From: an uncultured Cytophagia bacterium
GTDB taxonomy: Bacteria > Zhuqueibacterota > Zhuqueibacteria > Thermofontimicrobiales > Thermofontimicrobiaceae
Assembly: GCA_964472785.1 (NCBI GenBank)
Contig: CAYYMH010000004.1
Location: 66,995-130,994 of the forward strand
Direction of reading: 5' to 3'
DNA length: 64,000 nucleotides
A program made the position numbers and the translations under genes. This document shows, piece by piece, positions 1 through 10,055 of this stretch. Under the pieces are notes generated by a model. It ran no database searches. It was not told the DNA's origin and saw only the letters and a program-made list of their open reading frames with translations. Every line of letters begins with the position of its first letter. Positions within the stretch are counted from its first letter, which is position 1.

Positions 1-401
1 TCTGCGATTGCCATGCCCACACTGGTTCCAATCCCCTGTCCGAGCGGTCCGGTAGTCATCTCTACACCGAATGCGAATCCGTATTCGGGATGCCCGGCGG
101 TCTTACTGTGTAACTGCCGAAAATTTTTGATGTCCTCGAGACTGAGATCGTATCCCATCACATGAAGAGTGGCATACAATAACATGGAGGCATGACCAGC
201 AGAAAGTACAAGCCGATCTCGATTAGGCCAATCCGGATTTTCCGGATTGAATTTTAAGAATTCATTGTAGATTGTAAAACTCAACGGCGCTAATGCCATC
301 GCAGTTCCCGGATGACCTGAATTCGCTTGCTGAACCGCATCCATTGATAGCGTACGGATTGTGTTGACAATTAATTGTTTGTCAGAATTTTTTAACTCCA
401 T
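1..401 (-). CDS. tkt: Transketolase, N-terminal part (runs off the window start)
   Basis: Manual translation from ATG at 401 gives [39 protein letters not shown], the canonical transketolase N-terminus. Not in the ORF track. Confidence 0.95.
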   Translation of the reverse strand, partial: MELKNSDKQLIVNTIRTLSMDAVQQANSGHPGTAMALAPLSFTIYNEFLKFNPENPDWPNRDRLVLSAGHASMLLYATLHVMGYDLSLEDIKNFRQLHSKTAGHPEYGFAFGVEMTTGPLGQGIGTSVGMAIA

Positions 402-592
402 AACCACCCTCAATTCATTTTTTTATGAGAATCGACCACAAGAACCACGTTGAAAAAGTCGAAACTCATTATTCAATTCTTATCAGATCAAACATCCGAT
501 AAGAGGCTCTAACTTTTTGAAAAAACTATTTATTAACTAACGTTCAAATAATGCATCGCGTTCCGTTATTTCAGTGTTGATCAGAAATTATT

Positions 593-1264
593 TCATTGTT
601 TACTAATGATAAAATCATCATAAAATGCTTCGGCTTTGCCACCGGTATTATCGCCGTCACTCATCACAGCAATTGCCCCGACTTTAAGTGGATCATCGCC
701 GAAAATCCGCTGATAATCCTGATACACATTTCGTTTTTCAGTAATCCAATAACCGAGACTATCTCTGCCGCTCTGAACGGCAATCATCACCACATTTTTC
801 GGCAACCAGGGATTTGGATGACTCTCCCCTTTCGGCAATTTACGTGCCCAAATGTAGCTGATTGTTTTTGTATTCCATTTCAAAAATTTGGGAAAAACAA
901 CATACACGCGTGCGCCGTAATCATCGGTCTCTTTCTGATGCACGTCGCCTCTTTCCGATATATGAGTGACCTTCCATCGCCAGCTCAAGAACGGATATTC
1001 TTTTACATCATATTTTATTTCCTTGTACAGACCAGAAGCAGCGCTATCAGCCTCTGCTTTTAAAACAAAATTGGTATCTTCATTGACAATCGAATAAGAT
1101 GTATTCCCGACAAAACTTTTTTCCTCCCAGCCGGTAATTTGATTTTCTATTTGAGAATCCGCCGAAAATTGGTCAATTACTCGATTAAAAACTTGACTGT
1201 AAATTTTTGTAGTTTGAAAAGACAAAAATACGATAAGAAAAATTATTAATATTCGATTCATCAT
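593..1264 (-). CDS. DUF3047 domain-containing exported protein
   Basis: Motifs WRWKV, DDYGARVYVVF, W..EKRNVY.DY and AVMSDGDNTG. Hydrophobic signal peptide after MMNR; likely start 1264 (track ORF extends to 1324). Confidence 0.8.
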   Translation of the reverse strand: MMNRILIIFLIVFLSFQTTKIYSQVFNRVIDQFSADSQIENQITGWEEKSFVGNTSYSIVNEDTNFVLKAEADSAASGLYKEIKYDVKEYPFLSWRWKVTHISERGDVHQKETDDYGARVYVVFPKFLKWNTKTISYIWARKLPKGESHPNPWLPKNVVMIAVQSGRDSLGYWITEKRNVYQDYQRIFGDDPLKVGAIAVMSDGDNTGGKAEAFYDDFIISKQ

Positions 1265-1298
1265 CTTTAAATCCTTTGTCTGATTTTCAATATGTTCA

Positions 1299-2057
1299 TT
1301 AAGAGGGATTATTTTTTTGGTCATTCCGAGTTATCAATGGTACGATATAGCTATCTTCAAATGGTGAAGCATAATTCAATCCCAATTTTCGATAGACTGA
1401 AACCGGGATTCCAATATCTGCCAGAAATAAATGACCTGTTTTTCCTTTCAAAAGACCGAGCTTTGGCAATGCGAGAGTCATTGTCCAGCCTGAATGAATA
1501 AATTCCCCTAAAGCACTGCCGTCATTCGCATCGATTCCGGATGGTAAATCCAGCGACAGAATCGGCGCTCCTGCCTGATTCGCCCACTGAATTAATTCCA
1601 AAGTAATTCCCGTTGGCGGTCCTTTCAAACTGTAACCGATTAACGCATCGATAACAAAATCATACGAGTCGTCATTTAGCTGATAAGTACCAATTTCATG
1701 TCCGAACGTTGAATGAAATACTTTCCGTTGAAACGCAGTGACTTCCGCGAGCCCTGAAGCGTTTGTCAGACACAGATTCACCTGTGCGTTTCGGTTGGAA
1801 AGATGTCTGGCTGCACAAATGCCTCCACCACTATTCCCGCCTGTACCGGCTATTACTAAAATACGTGCTTTGTTCCAATGATCTCCCAGCAATTTAATTG
1901 TCAGCTCTGCCAAATTCCGACCAGCGTTCTCCATCATTTGAAATAAGTTCGGACCAGTCTGCTCCATAGCAATGCGATCAATTTCCTGCATTTGTCCAGC
2001 GCTAACTGCCGGGACGTGTATTCCTGTTTCTGTATAAAATTTTTGCATTTTGCTCAA
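1299..2057 (-). CDS. nnrE: NAD(P)H-hydrate epimerase (YjeF N-terminal domain)
   Basis: MMENAG, GTGGNSGGG, DALIGYSL, SLDLPSG and TLALPK motifs. Confidence 0.85.
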   Translation of the reverse strand: MSKMQKFYTETGIHVPAVSAGQMQEIDRIAMEQTGPNLFQMMENAGRNLAELTIKLLGDHWNKARILVIAGTGGNSGGGICAARHLSNRNAQVNLCLTNASGLAEVTAFQRKVFHSTFGHEIGTYQLNDDSYDFVIDALIGYSLKGPPTGITLELIQWANQAGAPILSLDLPSGIDANDGSALGEFIHSGWTMTLALPKLGLLKGKTGHLFLADIGIPVSVYRKLGLNYASPFEDSYIVPLITRNDQKNNPS

Positions 2058-2141
2058 GACTAATTAATTTTTCTCGTTTCTGAAAGGATTTAGTTCAGTA
2101 AATTAAATCTAATCTTTGCCAGCTCGCCTCAAATCACTGTT

Positions 2142-3986
2142 TCAATCTTTTTTACCCAATGCCCGATCCAGGTTGAACGCTGCGCTGATTAACGCTAAAT
2201 GAGTAAACGCCTGCGGAAAATTACCCAATGCTTCACCACTGGCGCCAATTTCTTCGCCGTACAAACCGAGATGATTCGCATATCCCAACATTTTTTCAAA
2301 AATCAGCCGAGCCTCCTCCAGCCGATCGGAATCAAACCGACCCGCGCGTGACAATGCTTCCACCAGCCAGAACGAACAAATGGTAAACGTTCCTTCATCG
2401 CCTTTTAAGCCATCGGGCGCCTCTGTTACATCGTAACGGTAAACCAGACTGTTGGAAACCAGTCCGCCTTTTTCCGGAGATTGATTTATAGCGTTCAGAG
2501 TTTTAATCATCCTCGGATCGGTTGGCGACAGAAAGAATACCAGCGGCATCATTAAATTTGACGCATCCAAAGTATTGCTGCCATAGCTCTGTACAAACGC
2601 TTCACGATCCGGACTCCAACCTTTTTTCATAATTTCTTCATAGATTTCATCACGGCATTTTAGCCAGCGGTCATGATCGGCCGGAAAAGAACGTTTATTT
2701 GCAAGACGTATGGCTCGATCCACAGCCACCCAGCACATTAATTTTGAATAAACAAAATGTCTTTTCCCACCACGTACTTCCCAGATCCCCTCATCCTCCT
2801 TGTTCCAATTCTCACACACATAATTGACCAAACGTCGCAAAGATGTCCACATATCGTAGGAAATCGGACTACCATATTTATTGAACAGATAGACTGAGTC
2901 CATCAACTCACCGTAAATATCCAATTGTAATTGATTATAAGCGCCGTTACCGACACGAACCGGTTTTGATCCTTTGTAACCTTTGAGATGATCCAAAATT
3001 TCTTCTTTCAACTCGTGACGTCCGTCAATGCCATACATCAATTGCAGGGAACCGTCTGGGTTCATTTCTTTGGTTCTTTTTTCAATCCAATTCATAAAAT
3101 GTGCTGCTTCATCGGTGAAACCAATGCGAAGTAATCCATAAAGCGTAAATGCAGCATCCCGGATCCAAGTGTACCGATAGTCCCAATTCCGTTCTCCGCC
3201 GACGCTTTCCGGCAAACTACAGGTCGGCGCTGCGACAATCGCGCCTGTCGGTTCGTAGGTTAATAATTTCAATGTCAGAGCAGAGCGATGAACCATTTCC
3301 CGCCAGCGGCCTGTATAGGTACATTTTGATATCCATCGACGCCAGTAATCTACAGTTTCTGTGAATAGCTCGTGAACAGCATCATGTGACGGACACACGG
3401 GACATGATGCATTCGATTTTGCTTCTTCCAATACGAAAACAGCTTTTTCCCCTTCAGCTAAATCAAAATCCGCAGTAGCGCCACTTCCATCAGCCTTTAG
3501 AGAGACATCTGTTTTTAACCACAAGCTCAATTTTTCAGAATTAAAGTAAGCGCCGTTTTCACTGACCGTTAATTCATGTTGATCTCGGGCATAATTAAAC
3601 GCCGGATAACATGCAACGTTGAATGTCATTTTACCTCTAACCACGTTGACCAAACGTATCAATCTGTGGTGCTTTTGTTTCTCGCCTGTGTTTTCAACAG
3701 GCATAAAATCAGTAATTTCAGCCACACCATCGGAACAAAGAAATCGGCTAATGAGCACATTTGTTTCGGGCCAATAAAATTGTTTGTATGTTACCTTTTC
3801 CCGTTTCAGCGAAATTTGAAAAAACCCGCCCTTTTCGTCATCCAGAATCGAAGCGAAAATACTGGGCGAGTCAAAATGCGGAAAGCATAACCAGTCAATT
3901 GAACCATTTATTCCGACCAAAGCCAGGGTGTGCATATCCCCGATGATACCATAATTTTCGATGGGTTGGTAAGCCATTTTTAACAT
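2142..3986 (-). CDS. Glycoside hydrolase family 15 (glucoamylase/trehalase-like)
   Basis: [27 protein letters not shown] and [13 protein letters not shown] motifs; N-terminal [21 protein letters not shown]. Confidence 0.93.
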   Translation of the reverse strand: MLKMAYQPIENYGIIGDMHTLALVGINGSIDWLCFPHFDSPSIFASILDDEKGGFFQISLKREKVTYKQFYWPETNVLISRFLCSDGVAEITDFMPVENTGEKQKHHRLIRLVNVVRGKMTFNVACYPAFNYARDQHELTVSENGAYFNSEKLSLWLKTDVSLKADGSGATADFDLAEGEKAVFVLEEAKSNASCPVCPSHDAVHELFTETVDYWRRWISKCTYTGRWREMVHRSALTLKLLTYEPTGAIVAAPTCSLPESVGGERNWDYRYTWIRDAAFTLYGLLRIGFTDEAAHFMNWIEKRTKEMNPDGSLQLMYGIDGRHELKEEILDHLKGYKGSKPVRVGNGAYNQLQLDIYGELMDSVYLFNKYGSPISYDMWTSLRRLVNYVCENWNKEDEGIWEVRGGKRHFVYSKLMCWVAVDRAIRLANKRSFPADHDRWLKCRDEIYEEIMKKGWSPDREAFVQSYGSNTLDASNLMMPLVFFLSPTDPRMIKTLNAINQSPEKGGLVSNSLVYRYDVTEAPDGLKGDEGTFTICSFWLVEALSRAGRFDSDRLEEARLIFEKMLGYANHLGLYGEEIGASGEALGNFPQAFTHLALISAAFNLDRALGKKD

Positions 3987-4052
3987 CCTTTTGGTTTTAT
4001 GTGCTAAATGGTGTCTATCCGAAAAATACCAAAATAGACCTCACCTTGAGGA

Positions 4053-4175
4053 GCTGTATCAAAAGTTAACTTGTAGTGACGAATTTATTCGTCAAATCCC
4101 ACATTCTGTATGGAGCGAATAAATTCGCTACTACAAATTGGGCTAAACATCTTGCATCGGGACTTTTGATACAGC
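4053..4175. mobile_element. MITE-like cassette: 14-bp perfect terminal inverted repeats around a REP doublet
   Basis: GCTGTATCAAAAGT (4053-4066) and ACTTTTGATACAGC (4162-4175). Inside are two inverted hairpins, TTGTAGTGACGAATTTATTCG (4071-4091) and CGAATAAATTCGCTACTACAA (4116-4136). Confidence 0.7.
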
Positions 4176-4190
4176 CCCTGAACAGACGTT

Positions 4191-4231
4191 CCCCTTCTCC
4201 ATTTGGGAGAAGGGGTTAGGGGATGAGGTCT
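4191..4231. repeat. REP-like hairpin element CCCCTTCTCC-ATTTG-GGAGAAGGGG
   Basis: 10-bp perfect stem followed by TTAGGGGATGAGGTCT. Confidence 0.6.
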
Positions 4232-4357
4232 AACATAATAAAATTTGAAAATATCATCCCAATTGCCGATTTCGGTTTTTTCGTACGCACAGTAAATAGA
4301 AATTTAGTGAACTGTAAAATACTTATCATTGATAAACTGAGTAGTGTGATATTTCAA

Positions 4358-5206
4358 TCAACCGCCGGTTGCGAACCCCGGATAAAGCGTCATCCCACCA
4401 TCTACAATCAAACTGGTTCCGTGGACATAATCCGCCTGATCTGAGGCTAACCAGACGACCGCCCTGCCGATATCGTCCGCTTCACCGATGCGATTGTAAG
4501 GAATCAAAGACATTAAATCCTGATATGCCTTTTCCGTATCCCAGGCAGCTTTATTAATTGGTGTTTTAATAGCGCCGGGCGCTACGCTATTTACGCGAAT
4601 ACGATAAGCGCCAACTTCCTGGGCAATCGATTTCATCAGCAGCATTACTCCACCTTTGGATGCTGCATAATTGGCATGTCCTGCCCATGGTATGATTTCA
4701 TGCACTGAACTGATAAAAATAATTTTTCCCGCTGCACAGGATATTTCCTCAACAACGCCACGACTTTTAAATTCTCTAACCGCTTCCCGTGCGCATAAAA
4801 ACGACCCATTGAGATTGACACCGATCACCGCATTCCATTGATCCATTGTCATCTCATCAAACGGCGCATCGCGTTGAATACCTGCGTTGTTCACTAAAAT
4901 ATCAATTGTACCAAACTTTTCCTTCATCTCAGCGAACATCTTCTTAACCTGTTTTTCATCGGATACGTCCGCCTTGTGAGCGTAAGCCTGACGACCTGCC
5001 GATTTGATGCTCTCGACAACTTCCTGAGCGGCTTCTTCACCGACAATGTAATTGACCACTATATCTGCTCCGGCTTGCCCCAACGCCATGGCAATTCCTT
5101 TACCAATACCAGAATTGGCACCGGTAACTAATGCCTTTTGGCCTTTCAGATTTTTTTCCATTGAAGGCTTTGGCATCACCACATCCGGAATTTTATTATT
5201 GCTCAT
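4358..5206 (-). CDS. gdh: Glucose 1-dehydrogenase-like SDR oxidoreductase
   Basis: TGANSGIG, NNAG and YAASKGG motifs; C-terminal VDGGMTLYPGF typical of glucose 1-dehydrogenase family SDRs; adjacent to the GH15 gene. Confidence 0.8.
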   Translation of the reverse strand: MSNNKIPDVVMPKPSMEKNLKGQKALVTGANSGIGKGIAMALGQAGADIVVNYIVGEEAAQEVVESIKSAGRQAYAHKADVSDEKQVKKMFAEMKEKFGTIDILVNNAGIQRDAPFDEMTMDQWNAVIGVNLNGSFLCAREAVREFKSRGVVEEISCAAGKIIFISSVHEIIPWAGHANYAASKGGVMLLMKSIAQEVGAYRIRVNSVAPGAIKTPINKAAWDTEKAYQDLMSLIPYNRIGEADDIGRAVVWLASDQADYVHGTSLIVDGGMTLYPGFATGG

Positions 5207-5239
5207 ATTCGAGCTCCATTAATTTTTAAAAATATTTTA

Positions 5240-5986
5240 TTAAATAAATGCCTTGAGTTCACTCCCTGCGGCTTCATCCACATACCAATCCAAAATGCCA
5301 GATTTTGGATTGACACACGCTGCCGGTAACGCGTTAATCTCTTTTTTCGAAATCAAAATTTTATTTACTAATTCTCTTTTCCTTTTCCCTGTAACGAGAA
5401 ATGACACCCGCTTTGCTTGATTGATGGTTTTTAAAGTCAGCGAAATCCTCTTTTGTCCTGTTAACGGGTGTTGAGTTACGGTGGTTATATTCTGGTTATT
5501 AAATTCGTTTTTTGAATTCGGAAAAATTGAAGCGGTATGTCCATCCTCTCCCATGCCTAAAAAAATCCAGTCAAATTGCGGTACCTCGTCACGATTCTTT
5601 GGGGCGATACGATCAACTAACCGATGATAACGAGTGGCCTCTGTCTCAGGATCATTTTCCCCTTTGATCCGGTAGATATTTCTTTCAGGAATATTAGTTT
5701 GATTGAGCAGAGTTTTCTCGGTCATCCCATAATTGCTCTCTGCATCTTCGGGTGGTACGCAGCGTTCATCACCCCAAAAAAATTGGACATATTTCCAGCA
5801 GATATGATCGTTCATGTCACGTTCGACCAACGCCTTAAAAAACTGTTGGGGCGTCGATCCCCCAGAAATTGCAATAAACATTGCTTGCTCATTAGCCGCG
5901 AAATCATTCACTTTTTTTTGAAATTCAATTGCTAACGACTCGGCTAATTCATTAGCCGATTTGAATATTTTTATCTGTGGTTTCAT
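5240..5986 (-). CDS. pgl: 6-phosphogluconolactonase
   Basis: ISGGSTP, FWGDERCV and LGMGEDGHTASIFP motifs; likely start ATG 5986, right after the zwf stop. Confidence 0.93.
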   Translation of the reverse strand: MKPQIKIFKSANELAESLAIEFQKKVNDFAANEQAMFIAISGGSTPQQFFKALVERDMNDHICWKYVQFFWGDERCVPPEDAESNYGMTEKTLLNQTNIPERNIYRIKGENDPETEATRYHRLVDRIAPKNRDEVPQFDWIFLGMGEDGHTASIFPNSKNEFNNQNITTVTQHPLTGQKRISLTLKTINQAKRVSFLVTGKRKRELVNKILISKKEINALPAACVNPKSGILDWYVDEAAGSELKAFI

Positions 5987-5987
5987 G

Positions 5988-7523
5988 CTATAGTTTGCAA
6001 TATCCTTTGTCTTCTGTTTTGCTCTCACAGGGAAAATGCCAATCTTCATCTGCTTCATCAATCAGATTTCCGGCTTCTTTTGGTCCCCACGATCCTGCCG
6101 GATAGCCATACAATTCAATGTCAGGATTTTTCTCCCAGGCATCCAAAATCGGTGTGATAAATTCCCAACATGCTTCAACAGCATCAGCCCGGGCATATAA
6201 AGTTGGATCACCCAACAAACAATCCAGCAACAAACGCTCATACGCTTCCGGCAACGATTTTCCTCCCAGATCAGCATAGTGAAAATCCATATCAACCGCC
6301 TGAATATTAAATCCGGCTCCCGGTACCTTCATACCAAATTTAAGCGAAATTCCCTCATCCGGCTGAATGCGAATAATCAATTGATTGTCTGTAATTTGAC
6401 ATTCAGACTCTTTTTTGAATAAAGAATGCGGTGTTTTTTTGAAATGAATGACGACTTCAGTGACACGATCCGGCAGCCGTTTTCCAGTGCGAATATGAAA
6501 GGGGACATCGCCCCAACGCCAGTTATCAATAAAGAATTTCATCGCGACAAATGTCTCTGTTCGTGAATCAGAAGGCACATTTTCTTCTTCCCGATAACCT
6601 GCAATCTGATCCCCATTAATCTTTGATGAAACATATTGTCCGCGAACGACTTGCCTGGGTACATTTTCCATTTTTATAGGGCACAAAGCCTGAAAATTTT
6701 TTACCTTCTCATTTCTCACCGAATTTGCCTCGAATTTAACCGGCGGTTCCATGGCAATCGTAGCAACGACCTGTAAGAGATGATTTTGAACCATATCCCG
6801 CAGCGCTCCTGCTCCGTTATAATATTTGCCTCGCTTTTCCACACCTATAGACTCTGCTGCGGTAATCTCGATGTGATGTATATAATTTCGATTCCACAGC
6901 GGTTCAAAAATACCATTTGCAAAACGCAGCGCCAAGATATTTTGAACAGTCTCTTTACCCAAATAATGGTCAATTCTGTAAATCTGACGTTCATCAAAAT
7001 TTTTTAATAACTTCCTGTTCAGTTCTTTAGCCGTATTTAAATTATATCCAAATGGTTTTTCCAGTACGATGCGCTTCCTCCCGTGATCCTCATCCTGTTT
7101 GTTCAAACCAACTTTTGCCAGATTATCACCGATCGTTCCAAATAATGACGGCGTTGTTGACAGGTAATAAATGAAGTTACCTTCACTTTGATAATCGCTA
7201 TCCAGTTGTGTGAGTTTTGATTTTAACTTTTTAAAATCATCGAGATTTTTAGAGTCAGCTACTGTATAATAAATATTTTTCAAAAATTTACCCCGAAAAT
7301 CGTCGCTGACTCCAGTATTTTTGTAGAATTGTTTTAGTGAGCCTTCCATCGATTCACGGAATGATTCATCACTAAAATTTGTCCGACCGGTTCCGACAAC
7401 CGCGAATTGTTCCGGTAATAAATCCCTTAAATATAAATCAAACAACGCGGGCATCAGTTTTCTCTTTGTTAAGTCCCCGGATGCACCAAAAATAACAATG
7501 ATCGAATTTTCTGGTTTTTGCAT
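5988..7523 (-). CDS. zwf: Glucose-6-phosphate 1-dehydrogenase
   Basis: GASGDL and RIDHYLGKE motifs; GAGG Shine-Dalgarno before ATG 7523. Confidence 0.97.
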   Translation of the reverse strand: MQKPENSIIVIFGASGDLTKRKLMPALFDLYLRDLLPEQFAVVGTGRTNFSDESFRESMEGSLKQFYKNTGVSDDFRGKFLKNIYYTVADSKNLDDFKKLKSKLTQLDSDYQSEGNFIYYLSTTPSLFGTIGDNLAKVGLNKQDEDHGRKRIVLEKPFGYNLNTAKELNRKLLKNFDERQIYRIDHYLGKETVQNILALRFANGIFEPLWNRNYIHHIEITAAESIGVEKRGKYYNGAGALRDMVQNHLLQVVATIAMEPPVKFEANSVRNEKVKNFQALCPIKMENVPRQVVRGQYVSSKINGDQIAGYREEENVPSDSRTETFVAMKFFIDNWRWGDVPFHIRTGKRLPDRVTEVVIHFKKTPHSLFKKESECQITDNQLIIRIQPDEGISLKFGMKVPGAGFNIQAVDMDFHYADLGGKSLPEAYERLLLDCLLGDPTLYARADAVEACWEFITPILDAWEKNPDIELYGYPAGSWGPKEAGNLIDEADEDWHFPCESKTEDKGYCKL

Positions 7524-7696
7524 GTTATTCCTCAATTTACGGATCGACTATTTGTAACAATCAGAACATTTTCTTTGCCACAAAGACCCCAAGACTCAAA
7601 GTTACACAAAGAAATACATATTTAAAAATGTTCTATTCTAACAGTCTAATTTGCTTTTTTTGTATCTTCGAAACTTCAGGGCTGAACAGGAACCGA

Positions 7697-8386
7697 CTAT
7701 TTTTTTAAACAAGTTACTCCTTTTTTGCCGGCAATAATCACCTCATCTGCCATCCCTAAAAACAAGCCGTGTTCCACAATCCCGGCTCGATACTTTAAAA
7801 TCGAACTTAATTCATAATAGTCTAAATTTCCTGAGGCATGAAAATCAAGAATAAAATTTCCCTGATCAGTTTTAAAAACAGCTCCATTTTTATTCGTTCG
7901 AATTGTCACCTGATGACCAATGGTTTCAAGGTATTTTTTACTCGCTAAGTATCCAAATGGAACAACCTCAACCGGTATCGGTGATTTTTTCCCTAACTCG
8001 TTTACCAATTTTGTCTCATCAACAGCGACAAGAAAGCGTTCGCTGCTTTGAGCTAATATTTTTTCTCGTAACAGCGCCCCTCCACCCCCTTTTATTAAAT
8101 TCAAATCACGATCCACTTCATCAGCCCCATCAATCGTTAAATCAATTTGCGGATATTTGTCCATGTTGCTCAAATGAATTCCAAATTCTTGAGCGAATCT
8201 TTCGGTCTGTTTTGAACTGGGGATTCCGACAATCGATTTTAATTCTCCCTCACGAATTCTTTTCCCTAATTCGCGCAGCATAAAAAAGACCGTACTTCCA
8301 GATCCCAAACCGAGAATCATCCCGGATTTTACATAATCCAGCGACTTAATCGCTGCCTGTTTTTTATAAGTATCGACATTATTCAT
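7697..8386 (-). CDS. rpiA: Ribose-5-phosphate isomerase A
   Basis: GLGSGST, DGADE and KGGGGALLREKI motifs. Confidence 0.96.
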   Translation of the reverse strand: MNNVDTYKKQAAIKSLDYVKSGMILGLGSGSTVFFMLRELGKRIREGELKSIVGIPSSKQTERFAQEFGIHLSNMDKYPQIDLTIDGADEVDRDLNLIKGGGGALLREKILAQSSERFLVAVDETKLVNELGKKSPIPVEVVPFGYLASKKYLETIGHQVTIRTNKNGAVFKTDQGNFILDFHASGNLDYYELSSILKYRAGIVEHGLFLGMADEVIIAGKKGVTCLKK

Positions 8387-8414
8387 TTTAATATCGCATG
8401 AAATGTAACGAACG

Positions 8415-9143
8415 TTATTTTAAAAATTCTCCCGCTACCTTCATCAGGTGTTTAGGATTTTCCACGATCCACTTTTTATCAATAATATTGCTTTCAACTA
8501 TTGCCTGTTTTGTAAATTCATTGGTTACCACAATCGTCTTCATCCCTGCGTTTTTTGCCGCCTTAACACCATTGAGCGAATCTTCAATAACCAGGCAATG
8601 TGTTGGTTTGACATCTAACTCGTCTGCCACTAATTGATAAATTTCAGGATCGGGCTTACCTGCCGATACATCATCACGCGTCGCGATAAATTCAAAAAAA
8701 TCAGCCAAAGCCAGAATTTGCAAAACTTTCTTTGTCTGCTCGCAGTGGGACATGGTTGCCAGTCCGGTTTTCAATCCTTTTGATCGTACTATTTTGAGCA
8801 GATTCATATTATAGGGACAAAGATATTTTTTCATCAATTTCGTATCATTGAGAAACGTTTGGTAAATTTTTAATCTGACCTGAACGAATGCCTGCCAAGC
8901 CGTTTTGACGCCAAATTCTTCCATTCTTTTTTCGGCTGCACTTTTCAAATTAAACTTATTCATCAAATGGAGGGCAACCTCCTTCCGCGAAAGCCCAACG
9001 ACATTTTTAAATTCGGCAATGATTTCTGATTCATTGAGTTTACTTTCTGATAAGTGCATTGCTGCTTCGGCGTATGATTTTGCTTTTAATATTTCCGTCT
9101 GAACCAGCGTTCCGTCCAGATCAAATATTACCGCTTCAATCAT
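8415..9143 (-). CDS. HAD-superfamily phosphatase (beta-phosphoglucomutase-like, subfamily IA)
   Basis: DLDGT, KPDP and EDS motifs; start overlaps the upstream stop by 4 nt. Confidence 0.88.
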   Translation of the reverse strand: MIEAVIFDLDGTLVQTEILKAKSYAEAAMHLSESKLNESEIIAEFKNVVGLSRKEVALHLMNKFNLKSAAEKRMEEFGVKTAWQAFVQVRLKIYQTFLNDTKLMKKYLCPYNMNLLKIVRSKGLKTGLATMSHCEQTKKVLQILALADFFEFIATRDDVSAGKPDPEIYQLVADELDVKPTHCLVIEDSLNGVKAAKNAGMKTIVVTNEFTKQAIVESNIIDKKWIVENPKHLMKVAGEFLK

Positions 9144-9997
9144 AATACAATTTCTCCAATCGTCAATATTGCCACAAAAAAGAACAGGAAGCCAAGCCCC
9201 TTTTCCAAATAATGTTGTGGAATTTTCCTCGATAGCACTGAACCGAGCTGCGCACCAATAATGACTCCCGGCACACTAAATATCACAATATTAAACACTG
9301 TTTGCAATGTGGCTTCGCCATACGTCACAAATTTATAAAAATGTCCGATCGACGCCAGGAGTACGGTAACCGAGATTACAAAAACACTGGTTGCGACTGA
9401 AACGGCACTGGGAACCCGGCAGCGTTGGAGTAAAAAATAACCGTTTAGTTCACCAAGTCCAGTCGAAATCATTCCCACAAATAAGCCGCCGATGCCAGCA
9501 ATAAACCTGCCCTGATTTTTATTGCAAACCGTATAGCATATTTTTTCATTATCCTTTGTAATCAAACACGTTTCCGCTTTTTCTCCGCCATAGTCTTTTT
9601 CTATTTGCTCATCCAACAACTTCACCAGGTGAGGCTTCGGCGAACGCAGAAAACTGGCTGATACAGCAAACAAACCCATGCCAAATATTGCTTTCAAGAC
9701 ATCTGCTTCGATCGCGCCCGATGCCCAGGTACCAATCAACGCCAACGGAACCGTACCCATCAACAGCGCCAGTCCCAACTTATAATCAATTAATTTTTTG
9801 TGCGCGTAAGCGTAAAATCCACTGGCAAAACCAAAGACTTCTGTAATCAGACCAGTGCCGATCGCAATTTCAGGTGATAGCCGCAAGCCCAGCATAAAGA
9901 ATGGAGCAAAAAACGTAGCTCCGCCGACACCGGACGCCATGGCAATAGTGGCAAATAGTAAAGAAGCTGGAAACACAAACCAATATTCGAACGTCAT
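9140..9997 (-). CDS. Sulfite exporter TauE/SafE family membrane protein
   Basis: GVGGATFFAP and STGLGE repeats; about 8 hydrophobic segments; GAQLGS motif. Confidence 0.85.
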   Translation of the reverse strand: MTFEYWFVFPASLLFATIAMASGVGGATFFAPFFMLGLRLSPEIAIGTGLITEVFGFASGFYAYAHKKLIDYKLGLALLMGTVPLALIGTWASGAIEADVLKAIFGMGLFAVSASFLRSPKPHLVKLLDEQIEKDYGGEKAETCLITKDNEKICYTVCNKNQGRFIAGIGGLFVGMISTGLGELNGYFLLQRCRVPSAVSVATSVFVISVTVLLASIGHFYKFVTYGEATLQTVFNIVIFSVPGVIIGAQLGSVLSRKIPQHYLEKGLGFLFFFVAILTIGEIVL

Positions 9998-10055
9998 TTA
10001 CTGTTCCTATTTTTTATTTCATTCGATCCGCCTTTACCGCACCTGTTTATTGGAA

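Noticed and set aside
4053-4175. Autonomous IS element
   Set aside because: There is no transposase ORF between or near the inverted repeats, so it is kept only as a MITE-like cassette.
5987-6061. Extended N-termini from the ORF track (pgl, sod, porin, zupT, DsrE, PPIase and others)
   Set aside because: Downstream starts have better Shine-Dalgarno sequences, match family N-termini and avoid overlaps.
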